Source of the DNA: an uncultured Gemmatimonadota bacterium
Lineage (GTDB): Bacteria > Gemmatimonadota > Gemmatimonadetes > Palauibacterales > KS3-K002
DNA: 64,000 bases
NCBI GenBank assembly: GCA_964345885.1
Contig: CAYFSW010000091.1
Location: 25,485-89,484 of the forward strand
Direction: 5' to 3'
Positions 1 to 9,078 of this stretch are shown one piece after another; position 1 is the stretch's first letter, and each line of letters begins with the position of its first letter. The notes beneath the pieces were generated by a model. The model worked only from the letters and a program-made list of their open reading frames with translations. It did not search any database and was not told the DNA's origin. The position numbers and the translations under genes were made by a program.

Positions 1-462
1 CACCTGGCTGGCGTTCAGTATCAGGTTCATGAAAACCTGGTTCATCTGGCCCGGAAAACACTCGACCGCCGGGAGGTCGCCGTACTCCTTGACCACCTCG
101 ATGCGATGCTTCAGCTCGTGGCCAAGTAGCAGTAGGGTGCTGTCCAGAACCCTGCGCAGATCGACGCTCCGCTTCACCGCCTCATCGGTCTGCCACAGAC
201 TCCGCGCGCTGGCCACCAGATCGGTGATCACGTCGACGGCGAGCTGATCGATCTCGACTACCTCATCGAGCGTCTTCACCAAGCTGCGGATCTCTTCGAT
301 CTCCGATTGGTCGACCACGTCGTCTGCCAGGATGTTCAGCAGGCGGCTGATCGCTCTCTGGAGTACGTCACGGTTACTGCGGATGGCACCGAGGGGCGTG
401 TTCAGCTCGTGGGCCAGTCCCGCCATGAGTTGCTGCAGCGAGCCGTTCTCTTGCTCACTCAT
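1..462 (-). CDS. Histidine kinase, N-terminal part; the gene continues beyond the window start
   Basis: The reverse-strand translation starts at the ATG at 462..460 and reads MSEQENGSLQQLMAGLAHELNTPLGAIRSN... (a HisKA H-box, HELNTPL), then ...GQMNQVFMNLILNA (start of the HATPase N-box). There is no sensor domain before HisKA. The start overlaps the stop of the upstream receiver gene (ATGA). Confidence 0.7.
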   Translation of the reverse strand, partial: MSEQENGSLQQLMAGLAHELNTPLGAIRSNRDVLQRAISRLLNILADDVVDQSEIEEIRSLVKTLDEVVEIDQLAVDVITDLVASARSLWQTDEAVKRSVDLRRVLDSTLLLLGHELKHRIEVVKEYGDLPAVECFPGQMNQVFMNLILNASQV

Positions 463-935
463 AGCAGCGCTTGCATCAGGCGCTTGCGGAATCCGGCTAG
501 ATCTTCGTGTGCCGACTCGAGCTCAGCCGCGCGCGCCTCGAGTTCCCTGACCAGCGCGGCTCGCTCGACCCCGTTGCGGACGACGACCTGCAGATGATCG
601 CTGTCCCACGGCTTCTCTAGATAGTAATAGAGGCCCGCCTCGTTGATCGCGCGGATCGCGTTCTCCTTATCGGCGTAACCGGTGAGCAAGATCCGCGTAG
701 CCTCCGGACGTTTCTCCCGCACCGCCTTGAGAAACGTGATACCGTCCATCTCGGGCATCATGAAATCCGCGATCACTACATCGATCCACTCGGCGTCGGT
801 CGAATCCAGGGCCTCTACCGGCGAGGTGAAGGTCAACACTCGGTACGCGGTCTCGAGCGACAGGAAACTGCGCAACGCACTCGTGACCATCTCTTCGTCA
901 TCAACGACCAGGATCGTCGCCTTCTGTTCAGCCAT
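459..935 (-). CDS. Stand-alone response-regulator receiver (CheY-like REC with a short C-terminal coiled-coil tail)
   Basis: ILVVDDEEMV...DVVIADFMMPEMDGITFLKAV...ILLTGYAD are classic REC motifs (phospho-acceptor Asp and conserved Lys). It is 158 aa and has no output domain. Confidence 0.9.
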   Translation of the reverse strand: MAEQKATILVVDDEEMVTSALRSFLSLETAYRVLTFTSPVEALDSTDAEWIDVVIADFMMPEMDGITFLKAVREKRPEATRILLTGYADKENAIRAINEAGLYYYLEKPWDSDHLQVVVRNGVERAALVRELEARAAELESAHEDLAGFRKRLMQALL

Positions 936-949
936 CGTTTCTCCTCGAG

Positions 950-3900
950 CTACGCCACCAGATTTCGCAGACGCCGCGCCAGACCCGCCAGCAGGCCGCG
1001 GGCCAGTTCGGCATGATCGGCCAGCAGATCGTAAAAGTCCTCCCTGGTCAGCCTCAGGAGCTCGCTCGCCCCCACGGCCCGCGCCTCGATCAGGCTGGGC
1101 GATCCGTCTATCAGGGCCCAGGTACCGAACGCCGTGCCGTCCTCGGCCGTGAGAACCTCCTCGTCTGAACGACGAAGCTCGACGCCCCCCCGAACGACTA
1201 TATACATCGCTTCGGTCGGTTCGTCCTGCCTGATTAGAACCGTACCCGGCATCACACTAACTTCCTCAGTGACGGAAGCCAGCAACGCCAAGTGCTCGGC
1301 GCGCGCATCGCTCAGCAGATCAACTTGCTGGAGTAGGAACACCTTCTCGATCAGGTTCATCTCGCTGCTCTCCGGCTGCGTTGATTTCTCATCCAGTCGT
1401 GCCAGCGCACGCTCTGCCAGGTCCCGCAATTCGGGGCTCGCGGACTGCCGAGCCCGTTGCAGTGCCTCATCCACCCACGGTTCCTGCAACTCCGCCGCGG
1501 CCCAGAGTGCGCAGCTCGCGAGCCAGACATCGTCGTCCGCCATTATCTCGGTCAGTACATCGCGGGCCTCGCCGTGACGGCTCTTGACTGCCCCTTCTTG
1601 AACCGCAGGGAGTAGGCGCTTGAACAGACCGTGCCCCACCGTCTGCTCCAGCCACTCCAGGGCATTGGCACGAGCGACGGTGCCGCCACGCTCGAGTGTC
1701 ATGTACGAGCGATAGACACCGTGCGGCGGGAACCACAGGCCGAGGGTGCGGAAGACTCGCTCGCGTCCGCTCAACCAAGCCTCCGAAAGCGAGCGCTGGA
1801 GAAGCCCCACGGCGGGACCACCGAGGCCGAGACGCTTGAGCGCCGCGGCAGCATCGGCGTAGCGGGCGCCGGACTGTATCTCCCGCTCCAGTACCTGCGC
1901 CACCGGCTCGATCGAGAACAGCAAGCCCGGGCCCCCTTTAGTCCGCAGCTTGTTGAGAGCCTTGAGCGCTCGGTATCGCAGCAGCCGGTCGGGCGGAGCG
2001 GCTGCCACTATCCGGAGCATGTCATCGACGGTGGCCTGGACTGGTATCCGGCCGAGAACCGCCGGGATGTTACGTCTAACCGCAGGCTTCACCGACGCAT
2101 CCTCTAGGTAGTCGGCGAGTGTGCCCTCGACCTGCTCGCCCTGCGAAACCAGGGCCTCGCGTGCCGCTTCACGTGTGGCCGACGTGCCGAGGGCAGAAAT
2201 CAGACTGGGGAGGAACTCGCGGCGTCCGAGACGCCCGGCGGTTCTCATTGCCGCCTCTGCCACCTCCGACTCGGGATCCCGCAACAGTGGGTTGAGCGCA
2301 TTCTCGAGCCGCGGGTCGTCACCCAGCGCCACGAGGGCAAGGGCCAGCTCGACGCGAGCTTCGACTCCGTCACTCTGTGCCTCGCTCATCAGGCGCTCGA
2401 GGTACTCCGGTGCCACGACCTCGGGCCACTCGAGCCATGCACCTTCCTCGCCCAGACAGGAAAGGGCGGCCACGCGCACGGGTCGTTCGCTCGAGTCGAG
2501 CAGCGACCTGATGACACTCTCGGGATCCGCACCTGCACTGCACAACAAGCGCACCGCGGCGACACGCACACGTTCGTCGGGGTCCTCGGCCAGCTCGCGG
2601 ACGCGCTGCCAGTCGGTTTCCTCTGGGAAGTCCGTCAGCGCGACCAGGGCCCGCCTGCGGATGCGTGGGCTCGGATTCGCCAGAAGTCCATGAAGGTCTT
2701 TTACCAGCGGCCGGGCGCTCGCCGCGTCCGCCTGTTCCACCAGATCGAGGGCGAACGCGACAGCGCGTTCGTCACCCGAAGAGAGCGTGCGCTGGACGGC
2801 GGGTATCGTGCTGGCGTCGGCCATCGACGCGAAGATGCCCTCGAAACTGGCGAAGCGACCCCGGATCGAGCGCGCCAGGGTCTTTACGTACTCGCGCCGC
2901 ACCGCAATCGCCACAGCCACCCAGACGACGCCCAGCCCTACGGCGACGTATCCGACCTTCCGGTAGTCGATGACCAGGATGGACAAGAAGATCAGCACGC
3001 TGGAAAGGGCTTTCCCGAAGCCCTTCTCCACCGCCATGTCGATGTACGCCTTCGCCTTCAGCTTGATGCTGTCGGGCAACGGCACGTAGAGGATCTCGCG
3101 TCCTGCCCGCTCCGCACTGTAACGGAACGAGGAATCGCCCGCCTTAGCTATAACAGCCGCCACCAAGCTCCATGTCAGTGCGAGTCCGACGTTCGCGGTA
3201 AGCAGCACGACAGGCAGCATGAGTACCACGAGACCGACCCCCCAGCGGTGCAAGATCGGACGCAGCGCCGCCAGAACGACGAGCGGTAACCACTGGGTCG
3301 CCGCGAAGAACTTGCCCTGGAACGCGCCGATCGCGTCGCGCGTCTCGTACGTTTCGCCGACAATCTCGTTGAACTGGTAATCGACCAGCTGCTTGACGAA
3401 CACCGTGAGCAGGACGGCCCCGGCTATCAGCAAGACGTGCTTATTGCGGAAAATCGTCAGAAACTCGGCGAGCGAATACTGCTCCGGACGGCGTACCCCT
3501 GGCCGGCACGTTTCGCCCGCCTGCGCCGCCAAGACGTAGGGGAGCGCTGCCGCGAACGCCACGACGAAGAACGCGGCCACCAGCAGCATATTGGGCGCGC
3601 CAAGGCGCTCGACAAAGAAGCCGGTGATCGCAGCGCCGAAAACGGCTCCGATCGAGCCACCCGCAATGGCGAAGGGGTAGAGGCGTTTGGCCTCCCGGGC
3701 ATCGAAGCACAACTGCGTCGCCATGAAGAACTGGGTGACCATGACGGCGGCGTACAGGTCGTACCAACCGTAGAAGACCACGCCGAACGCAGTACTTCCT
3801 TCCCGATACAAGACGCGGAAGACCAGAAAGCTGGCCGCGAAGAAGAGCGTGACGATGGGAATCAAGCGTCGCCACGGGATTCGGTCCGCCAGCCGATTGT

Positions 3901-4117
3901 AGGGAACCACGAACAGGATGACGATCGCGCTGATCATGTAGACCTTGTAGAACTCGCTATCGGCTAGGCCCTCGAGCGCGAACGCGTTGCGGGTCGGCTT
4001 GAGGATGCCGACCGTGGTGACGACGAGGAAAAACAGGCTGGCCATCATTACAGCCTTGGCCGCTTCTCCACGCCCAAGCTGAGGCAGCTGTGGAAAGAGC
4101 TTACGGAGAACTCGCAA
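950..4117 (-). CDS. Large fusion protein: N-terminal ~12-TM TLC/Npt-type (MFS-like) transporter domain, central HEAT/PBS-lyase repeats, and a C-terminal cyclic-nucleotide-binding (CAP_ED) domain
   Basis: The N-terminal 430 aa are hydrophobic helices (ILKPTRNAFALEGL..., typical of ATP/ADP translocase-like TLC carriers). Residues ~450-900 carry repeated RVRVAAV..L / RVAALSCL HEAT-like units. The C-terminus reads LLQQVDLLSD...MYIVVRGGVEL...FGTWALIDGSPSLIEARAV, a cNMP-binding beta-roll. Confidence 0.8.
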   Translation of the reverse strand: MRVLRKLFPQLPQLGRGEAAKAVMMASLFFLVVTTVGILKPTRNAFALEGLADSEFYKVYMISAIVILFVVPYNRLADRIPWRRLIPIVTLFFAASFLVFRVLYREGSTAFGVVFYGWYDLYAAVMVTQFFMATQLCFDAREAKRLYPFAIAGGSIGAVFGAAITGFFVERLGAPNMLLVAAFFVVAFAAALPYVLAAQAGETCRPGVRRPEQYSLAEFLTIFRNKHVLLIAGAVLLTVFVKQLVDYQFNEIVGETYETRDAIGAFQGKFFAATQWLPLVVLAALRPILHRWGVGLVVLMLPVVLLTANVGLALTWSLVAAVIAKAGDSSFRYSAERAGREILYVPLPDSIKLKAKAYIDMAVEKGFGKALSSVLIFLSILVIDYRKVGYVAVGLGVVWVAVAIAVRREYVKTLARSIRGRFASFEGIFASMADASTIPAVQRTLSSGDERAVAFALDLVEQADAASARPLVKDLHGLLANPSPRIRRRALVALTDFPEETDWQRVRELAEDPDERVRVAAVRLLCSAGADPESVIRSLLDSSERPVRVAALSCLGEEGAWLEWPEVVAPEYLERLMSEAQSDGVEARVELALALVALGDDPRLENALNPLLRDPESEVAEAAMRTAGRLGRREFLPSLISALGTSATREAAREALVSQGEQVEGTLADYLEDASVKPAVRRNIPAVLGRIPVQATVDDMLRIVAAAPPDRLLRYRALKALNKLRTKGGPGLLFSIEPVAQVLEREIQSGARYADAAAALKRLGLGGPAVGLLQRSLSEAWLSGRERVFRTLGLWFPPHGVYRSYMTLERGGTVARANALEWLEQTVGHGLFKRLLPAVQEGAVKSRHGEARDVLTEIMADDDVWLASCALWAAAELQEPWVDEALQRARQSASPELRDLAERALARLDEKSTQPESSEMNLIEKVFLLQQVDLLSDARAEHLALLASVTEEVSVMPGTVLIRQDEPTEAMYIVVRGGVELRRSDEEVLTAEDGTAFGTWALIDGSPSLIEARAVGASELLRLTREDFYDLLADHAELARGLLAGLARRLRNLVA

Positions 4118-4182
4118 GAAACAACTCCTCGAGTTTTTCGGCTAGGCCCACTGAGGACAGTAAGATAACCGCCGGCGTACCT

Positions 4183-5409
4183 TCAGCCAGAGCCCACGCC
4201 GACCGGCAGTGAAATCTCAACCTTGGTGCCAAGGTTCGGCTCGCTGCTGACCCGGAGCTCGCCGCCGTGGTCGTGTATTATCTGACGCCAGGTATAAAGG
4301 CCCCACGACGTCGCCACCCGGCCTTCCTTAACCCGAAAGCTCGGCTCGAAGATCCCCCTCAGCTGCTCCGTCTCGATTCCACGCCCCGTGTCGGCGATCC
4401 GAATCCGGACAAAGCCTTTCTCGAGGCGGGTTGTAAGCCGTACCTCACCCTCCTCCTCGATGGCATTGGCGGCGTTGTCGAGGAGGTCTTCGAACACCTC
4501 GCTGAGGCCAGCCGGGTGACCGATCACTTTGGGCAGTTCGGCGTATTCCCTAATCACCCGTATTCGGGCGCCCCAGCTATCGGAGAGCACGGTCACCGCA
4601 TCGTTTAGGAGCGCGTTGACGTCTACCGGGCGCCGTTGCGTCGCGTCGGCATCCAGATGGATCAGCCGCTGGAAGCGAGCCACCAGGCGCGAGATCCGCC
4701 GGAGAGCCTCGCGCGACATCTCGGCAGCGCCCTTGGCATCGGCTAGTAGGCGCTCCACGGCGTCCGGATCCTCGCTCCTGACTGCAATCTCTTCCAGCAG
4801 CCGCTCGACTATCTGAGCACCCGCCGCCAGCACCGCCAGCGGGTTGTTCAGTTCGTGGCTAAGAGCAGCGGCCAATCGGCCCTGTGACCCGGATCGCGTC
4901 GCCGCCAAGAGGTCCGTCGCCGACCGGGGTAGCGCACCCGGATCGAGCATCCAGCAAACCGTCCAGACCGCGCCGCCCTCCCTACTCTCGCTCTCCGGCC
5001 GCCTGCGCAGGCAGAGCACCCCGCAGGCGGGGAAAGAGAAGATCTCATGGCCAGCGTCGCCCGACACGAGACGCGAGGCTAAGCGGTCGAGATGAGGGAG
5101 GTGGCCCACCAACATGAGGTCGGTGGTGGCCCGCGAGAGCGACTCGGCGAGCTCCTCGACATCGGCCAGCGGATCCAGGTTCGGCACCTCGGTGACCGGC
5201 GCGACGGCACCACTACCCGCAGCCAAGATCTCCGCCGTCTGCCGGGCCCGCAGCTTCATGCTGTGGTGGATGCCGCCGACCGACAGCCTGATTCCGCCCA
5301 AAAGAGTGGCCACACGGCGGACCATCTCGGAACCCGCCTCGGTGAGTGGCCGCTCCGGGTCCTGTTCTTTGGACTTGGCCTCGCCGTGGCGAACCAGGTA
5401 GAGGTACAC
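4183..5409 (-). CDS. Fusion of a SixA-type phosphohistidine phosphatase (histidine-phosphatase superfamily) to a HisKA+HATPase_c histidine kinase
   Basis: The N-terminus reads MYLYLVRHGEA...MLVGHLPHL (RHG and catalytic His motifs of SixA/PGAM). It is followed by LSHELNNPLAVL (H-box) and the N/G-box region DNAANAI...IADTGRGI...GLGL. Confidence 0.85.
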   Translation of the reverse strand: MYLYLVRHGEAKSKEQDPERPLTEAGSEMVRRVATLLGGIRLSVGGIHHSMKLRARQTAEILAAGSGAVAPVTEVPNLDPLADVEELAESLSRATTDLMLVGHLPHLDRLASRLVSGDAGHEIFSFPACGVLCLRRRPESESREGGAVWTVCWMLDPGALPRSATDLLAATRSGSQGRLAAALSHELNNPLAVLAAGAQIVERLLEEIAVRSEDPDAVERLLADAKGAAEMSREALRRISRLVARFQRLIHLDADATQRRPVDVNALLNDAVTVLSDSWGARIRVIREYAELPKVIGHPAGLSEVFEDLLDNAANAIEEEGEVRLTTRLEKGFVRIRIADTGRGIETEQLRGIFEPSFRVKEGRVATSWGLYTWRQIIHDHGGELRVSSEPNLGTKVEISLPVGVGSG

Positions 5410-5535
5410 AGCCGCTCCTCACAGGGGTACCCGCCAGACCGCTCGAGAAGAAGGCAAAATATCTCAGCGCGCGCGGCGTGTCGACGGCTGGACCTGACTC
5501 AGCCGGCGACCTTGTTTTTGTGAGGTCCGCTCCCC

Positions 5536-6696
5536 ATGTTGCGCCTTCCAACCACCCAAAACCGTCGCTCTGAGATGAACGGATTGGTGCTGTCGGGCGG
5601 CGGCGCCCGCGCCGCCTACCAGGTCGGTGTGCTCTCCTACCTCGCCGAGAAGGCACCCGAGGTGAGCTTCCCCATCATCGTCGGCGTCTCGGCAGGCGCG
5701 ATCAACGCGGCATTCCTGGCCGGACAACGGGGGACACCGACCGAAAATCTGGGGTCGCTCTCCAGCTGTTGGACGAGCCTGAACACCGACCGCGTCTTCG
5801 ACACCAACCTGAGCGCCCTCGGGCTCAGCGGCGCCCGCTGGCTGTGGACGCTGGGCGGCGGTGGTACGTCTCTCGGTCCGCGGGTGAAGGGTTTGCTGGA
5901 CACGAGCCCGTTGAGGGAGTTCCTCGAGGAGCAGGTACTCGTCGAGGGGATTGCGATGAACGTGGCGGAGGGGCGATTACGCGCCCTTGGACTCACCGCT
6001 ACTCGCTACGCCACAGGCCAGAGCGTAACGTTCGTGCAGGGCGCCGAAGACGTGCCAACCTGGGAGCGCGTTCGCCGCTGCGGCCTGCCCGCCAAGATCT
6101 CCGTCGATCATGTGATGGCATCCGGGTCGATCCCGTTCATCTTCCCGGCCACAGCGATCGACGGCGAGTACTACGGCGACGGCAGCATACGCCAGGCCGC
6201 GCCACTGGCCCCCGCCATCCATCTGGGCGCCCAGCGCCTGCTGGCCATCGCGACTCGCTACAACCCGACCCTGGAAGAAGTAAGAGCCCTGGCTACGACC
6301 GGCTACCCGCAGCCGGCCCGGATCATGGGAGCCCTGCTCAACAGCATCTTCCTCGACGCCCTCGAGGCCGACGCCGAGCGCCTGGAGCGCATTAACCGCC
6401 TGTTGGAAGCGCTGCCGCCCGGTGCGCCCAATCCCGACGGCCTCCGACGAATCGATACTCTCGTCATCCGCCCCTCGAGAGACCTCGGCTCGCTGGCCCA
6501 GCCCCATAAAGGCAGACTGCCCCGCACGCTGCGGTTCATGCTCCGCGGCCTGGGCATCCATCGCATGCACGGCGCCGAGCTACTCAGCTATCTCATCTTC
6601 GAGCCGCCCTACATCAGTCGCGTCATGGAGCTCGGCTACGAGGACGCTCTGACGCGCTGGGACGAGATGGAGCGATTCTTTTCGGACGGTGCGTGA
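5536..6696 (+). CDS. Patatin-like phospholipase
   Basis: LVLSGGGARAAYQVGVL (oxyanion GGG[AG]R) and GVSAGAINAA (the GxSxG nucleophile elbow). Confidence 0.85.
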   Translation: MLRLPTTQNRRSEMNGLVLSGGGARAAYQVGVLSYLAEKAPEVSFPIIVGVSAGAINAAFLAGQRGTPTENLGSLSSCWTSLNTDRVFDTNLSALGLSGARWLWTLGGGGTSLGPRVKGLLDTSPLREFLEEQVLVEGIAMNVAEGRLRALGLTATRYATGQSVTFVQGAEDVPTWERVRRCGLPAKISVDHVMASGSIPFIFPATAIDGEYYGDGSIRQAAPLAPAIHLGAQRLLAIATRYNPTLEEVRALATTGYPQPARIMGALLNSIFLDALEADAERLERINRLLEALPPGAPNPDGLRRIDTLVIRPSRDLGSLAQPHKGRLPRTLRFMLRGLGIHRMHGAELLSYLIFEPPYISRVMELGYEDALTRWDEMERFFSDGA

Positions 6697-6706
6697 TCGC
6701 TGAATC

Positions 6707-7687
6707 CTATAACCCGAGCAACCGGTCGGCGTTAGCCGCGAGGATCGCCTGCTCGGTGGTCGCTGGAACGTCGAGCGCCCGAATGCTGGCCGTCATCGAT
6801 TTCAAACTGCCGATCATATGCGGATAATCGCTCCCTGCGACCAGATGCTCGGGCCCCGCGAAGTCGAGGGCCAGGCGCAGGGCAGCGGGGTCGAAGTTCA
6901 CCGTGTCGTAGTAGAAGCGTCGGAGGTAGACACTCGGGGGCTCCTCGATGTTGGCGCGGCACTCGCTGAACGCGTGGAAGCCGCGGTCGAGCCGCTCGGC
7001 CAGATAGGGGATCGCGCCGCCGAGATGCGCCAGCACCCATCGAACGCCGGGGAACCGCCGGGGCACGCCAGCGAAGACCAGGTGAGCGGCAGCCAGTGTG
7101 GTGTCGAAGGTGAACCCGACCAGCGGCATTAGCCAGTACTCGGTCATCGCCTCCACCCCCACCGGGTAGGTCGGGTGCACGTAGATGACGGCGCCCAGCT
7201 CCTCCGCCCGCTCCCACAACGGCCAGAACCGTTCGTCGGCCAGCGCCACGCCCCCGACGTTACTGAAGACCATCGCGCCGGGCAGGCCTAGCTCGCCCAC
7301 GGCGCGGGTGAGCTCGACGACCGATGCGGCCGGGTCGTTGAGCGGCAACGTCGCCAACGCGGTGAACCGGCCGCCCCGCTCCTCGACGATCCGTGCGAAG
7401 GCGTCGTTCACCGCCCCGGCGAGCCGTACCGCCATCTCCGGTTCTTCTATATGTACGCCGGGCGCGGTGAACGTCAGCACCTGGACGTCCACACCCACCT
7501 GGTCGAGCACGCTCTCCCGATACTCGATGTCGCGGTGGCCACGGACCGCGACGTTGATGTCGCCCGGTGAATGAAGGACCGGGTTGTTCTCCGAGTCGGT
7601 GGAGATCGCCACCCGGCACGGCCCGGCGCGCAGTGCGTCCAGGTACTCTGCCGGATAGAAGTGGTTGTGGAAGTCAACGACTCGCAT
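6707..7687 (-). CDS. Amidohydrolase-2 family metal-dependent hydrolase (ACMSD/TIM-barrel type)
   Basis: The MRVVDFHNHFYP... N-terminal HxH metal motif and HPTYP... are typical of COG2159. A strong GAGGAGG RBS sits 6 nt upstream of the ATG at 7687. The longer ORF that begins at 7774 is probably an over-extension. Confidence 0.8.
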   Translation of the reverse strand: MRVVDFHNHFYPAEYLDALRAGPCRVAISTDSENNPVLHSPGDINVAVRGHRDIEYRESVLDQVGVDVQVLTFTAPGVHIEEPEMAVRLAGAVNDAFARIVEERGGRFTALATLPLNDPAASVVELTRAVGELGLPGAMVFSNVGGVALADERFWPLWERAEELGAVIYVHPTYPVGVEAMTEYWLMPLVGFTFDTTLAAAHLVFAGVPRRFPGVRWVLAHLGGAIPYLAERLDRGFHAFSECRANIEEPPSVYLRRFYYDTVNFDPAALRLALDFAGPEHLVAGSDYPHMIGSLKSMTASIRALDVPATTEQAILAANADRLLGL

Positions 7688-9047
7688 GCTCGCCTCCTCG
7701 TTCATCACCACGGGCTCGCAGCCAGATGTAGTACACGGGGAACCCCACCAGGACAAGCGCCAGGCCGAATGCACTTTCGCCGGGCTCCGAGACCAGCTGG
7801 TTCCCGACGATGACCGCGGTCGAGAGCACGAAGACGGCCGGGATCACCGGAAACCCCCAGATCGTATAGCGCGGCGAGTACTCCGGGCGCCGACGCAACA
7901 GAAAGAGCCCCGCGGCCATCAGGCCGAAGAAGATCCATTCGGTGTAGACCACGCGCGTAAAGAGCGCCTGGTAGGTCCCCGTCACCACGAGGACGGATGA
8001 CCACACGGCCTGCGCGACTATCGCACGGTGCGGCGTCCGGAAGCGCGGGTGCACCTCCCCCAGCCAACGGAAGAGTAGCCCGTCGCTCGCCATCGCGTAG
8101 TAGACGCGCGGTCCGGCGAGCACGATCCCGCTCAGCGCGCCGAAGGTCGAGAAGATCACCAGCGCCGACATCACAGAGCCTCCACCCCGTCCCAGCACCG
8201 CATCGGCCGCGTCGGCTGCCACCCGCGACGACGAGATCACCCTCTCCAGCGGCAGGATGTACAGATAGACCGCGTTGAGGGCGATGTAGCACGCCGTAAC
8301 GACCAGCGTGCCGACGAGCAGAGCCCGGGGGATCGTGCGCTCCGGCTCAACGGTCTCGTCACCCGCGTAGGTCACCATGTGCCAACCGCCGAAGGCGAAC
8401 AGGCCGGCGATCAGCGCCAGAACGAACCCGCGCAGGCCGCCGGCACCACTGACGCTCACGCCGGCAGCCGATTCGGGTGCCGAGTTCCCTACTCCCACGG
8501 CGAGCTGGTCCGGCACCCGCGAGCCGAGGAGGAGCCCGGCAATCACGATCCCGACGATCGCTGCGACCTTTCCGATGGTGAACGCCGTCTGCAGTGCGCT
8601 TCCCTGGCGCACGCCGATGTAGTTGACGGCGGAAAGCACCAGGATGCAGCCGATCGCCACGAGCTGTACGCCCAGATCGCCGAGCGGCGCGAAGTAGCCG
8701 ACGTAACGTGCGAACACCACCGCGATCGCGGCCAGGATCCCGCTGTGCATGCTCCAGAACATCGCCCAGCCCCAGAGGAACCCGACGGCGGGTGAGAACT
8801 CCTCGCCGAGAAAGACATAGACGCCACCGGTGCGCGGGTAGACCGAGGAGAGCTCGGCGCAGACGAGCGCCCCGAACAGCGTGAGGGTGCCCGCGATCGC
8901 CCAGACGGCGAAGACACCAGGAATCGATGGGACCTGACCGGTGATCAGCGATGGTTGGACGAAGATCGAAGCGCCGATGATGGTGCCCACCACCATCGCC
9001 GTCGCGCGCACGATCCCGATCGAGCGCTCGAGCTGCGGCCTCACCAT
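7674..9047 (-). CDS. APC-superfamily amino-acid permease
   Basis: 12 predicted TM helices; IVRATAMVVGTIIGASIFVQP...FAVWAIAGTLTLFGALVCAELSSVYPRTGG is the APC consensus region. Confidence 0.85.
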   Translation of the reverse strand: MVRPQLERSIGIVRATAMVVGTIIGASIFVQPSLITGQVPSIPGVFAVWAIAGTLTLFGALVCAELSSVYPRTGGVYVFLGEEFSPAVGFLWGWAMFWSMHSGILAAIAVVFARYVGYFAPLGDLGVQLVAIGCILVLSAVNYIGVRQGSALQTAFTIGKVAAIVGIVIAGLLLGSRVPDQLAVGVGNSAPESAAGVSVSGAGGLRGFVLALIAGLFAFGGWHMVTYAGDETVEPERTIPRALLVGTLVVTACYIALNAVYLYILPLERVISSSRVAADAADAVLGRGGGSVMSALVIFSTFGALSGIVLAGPRVYYAMASDGLLFRWLGEVHPRFRTPHRAIVAQAVWSSVLVVTGTYQALFTRVVYTEWIFFGLMAAGLFLLRRRPEYSPRYTIWGFPVIPAVFVLSTAVIVGNQLVSEPGESAFGLALVLVGFPVYYIWLRARGDERGGEHASR

Positions 9048-9078
9048 CGCCGCCTCCTCGATGGCCGCGTCAAGCTTA

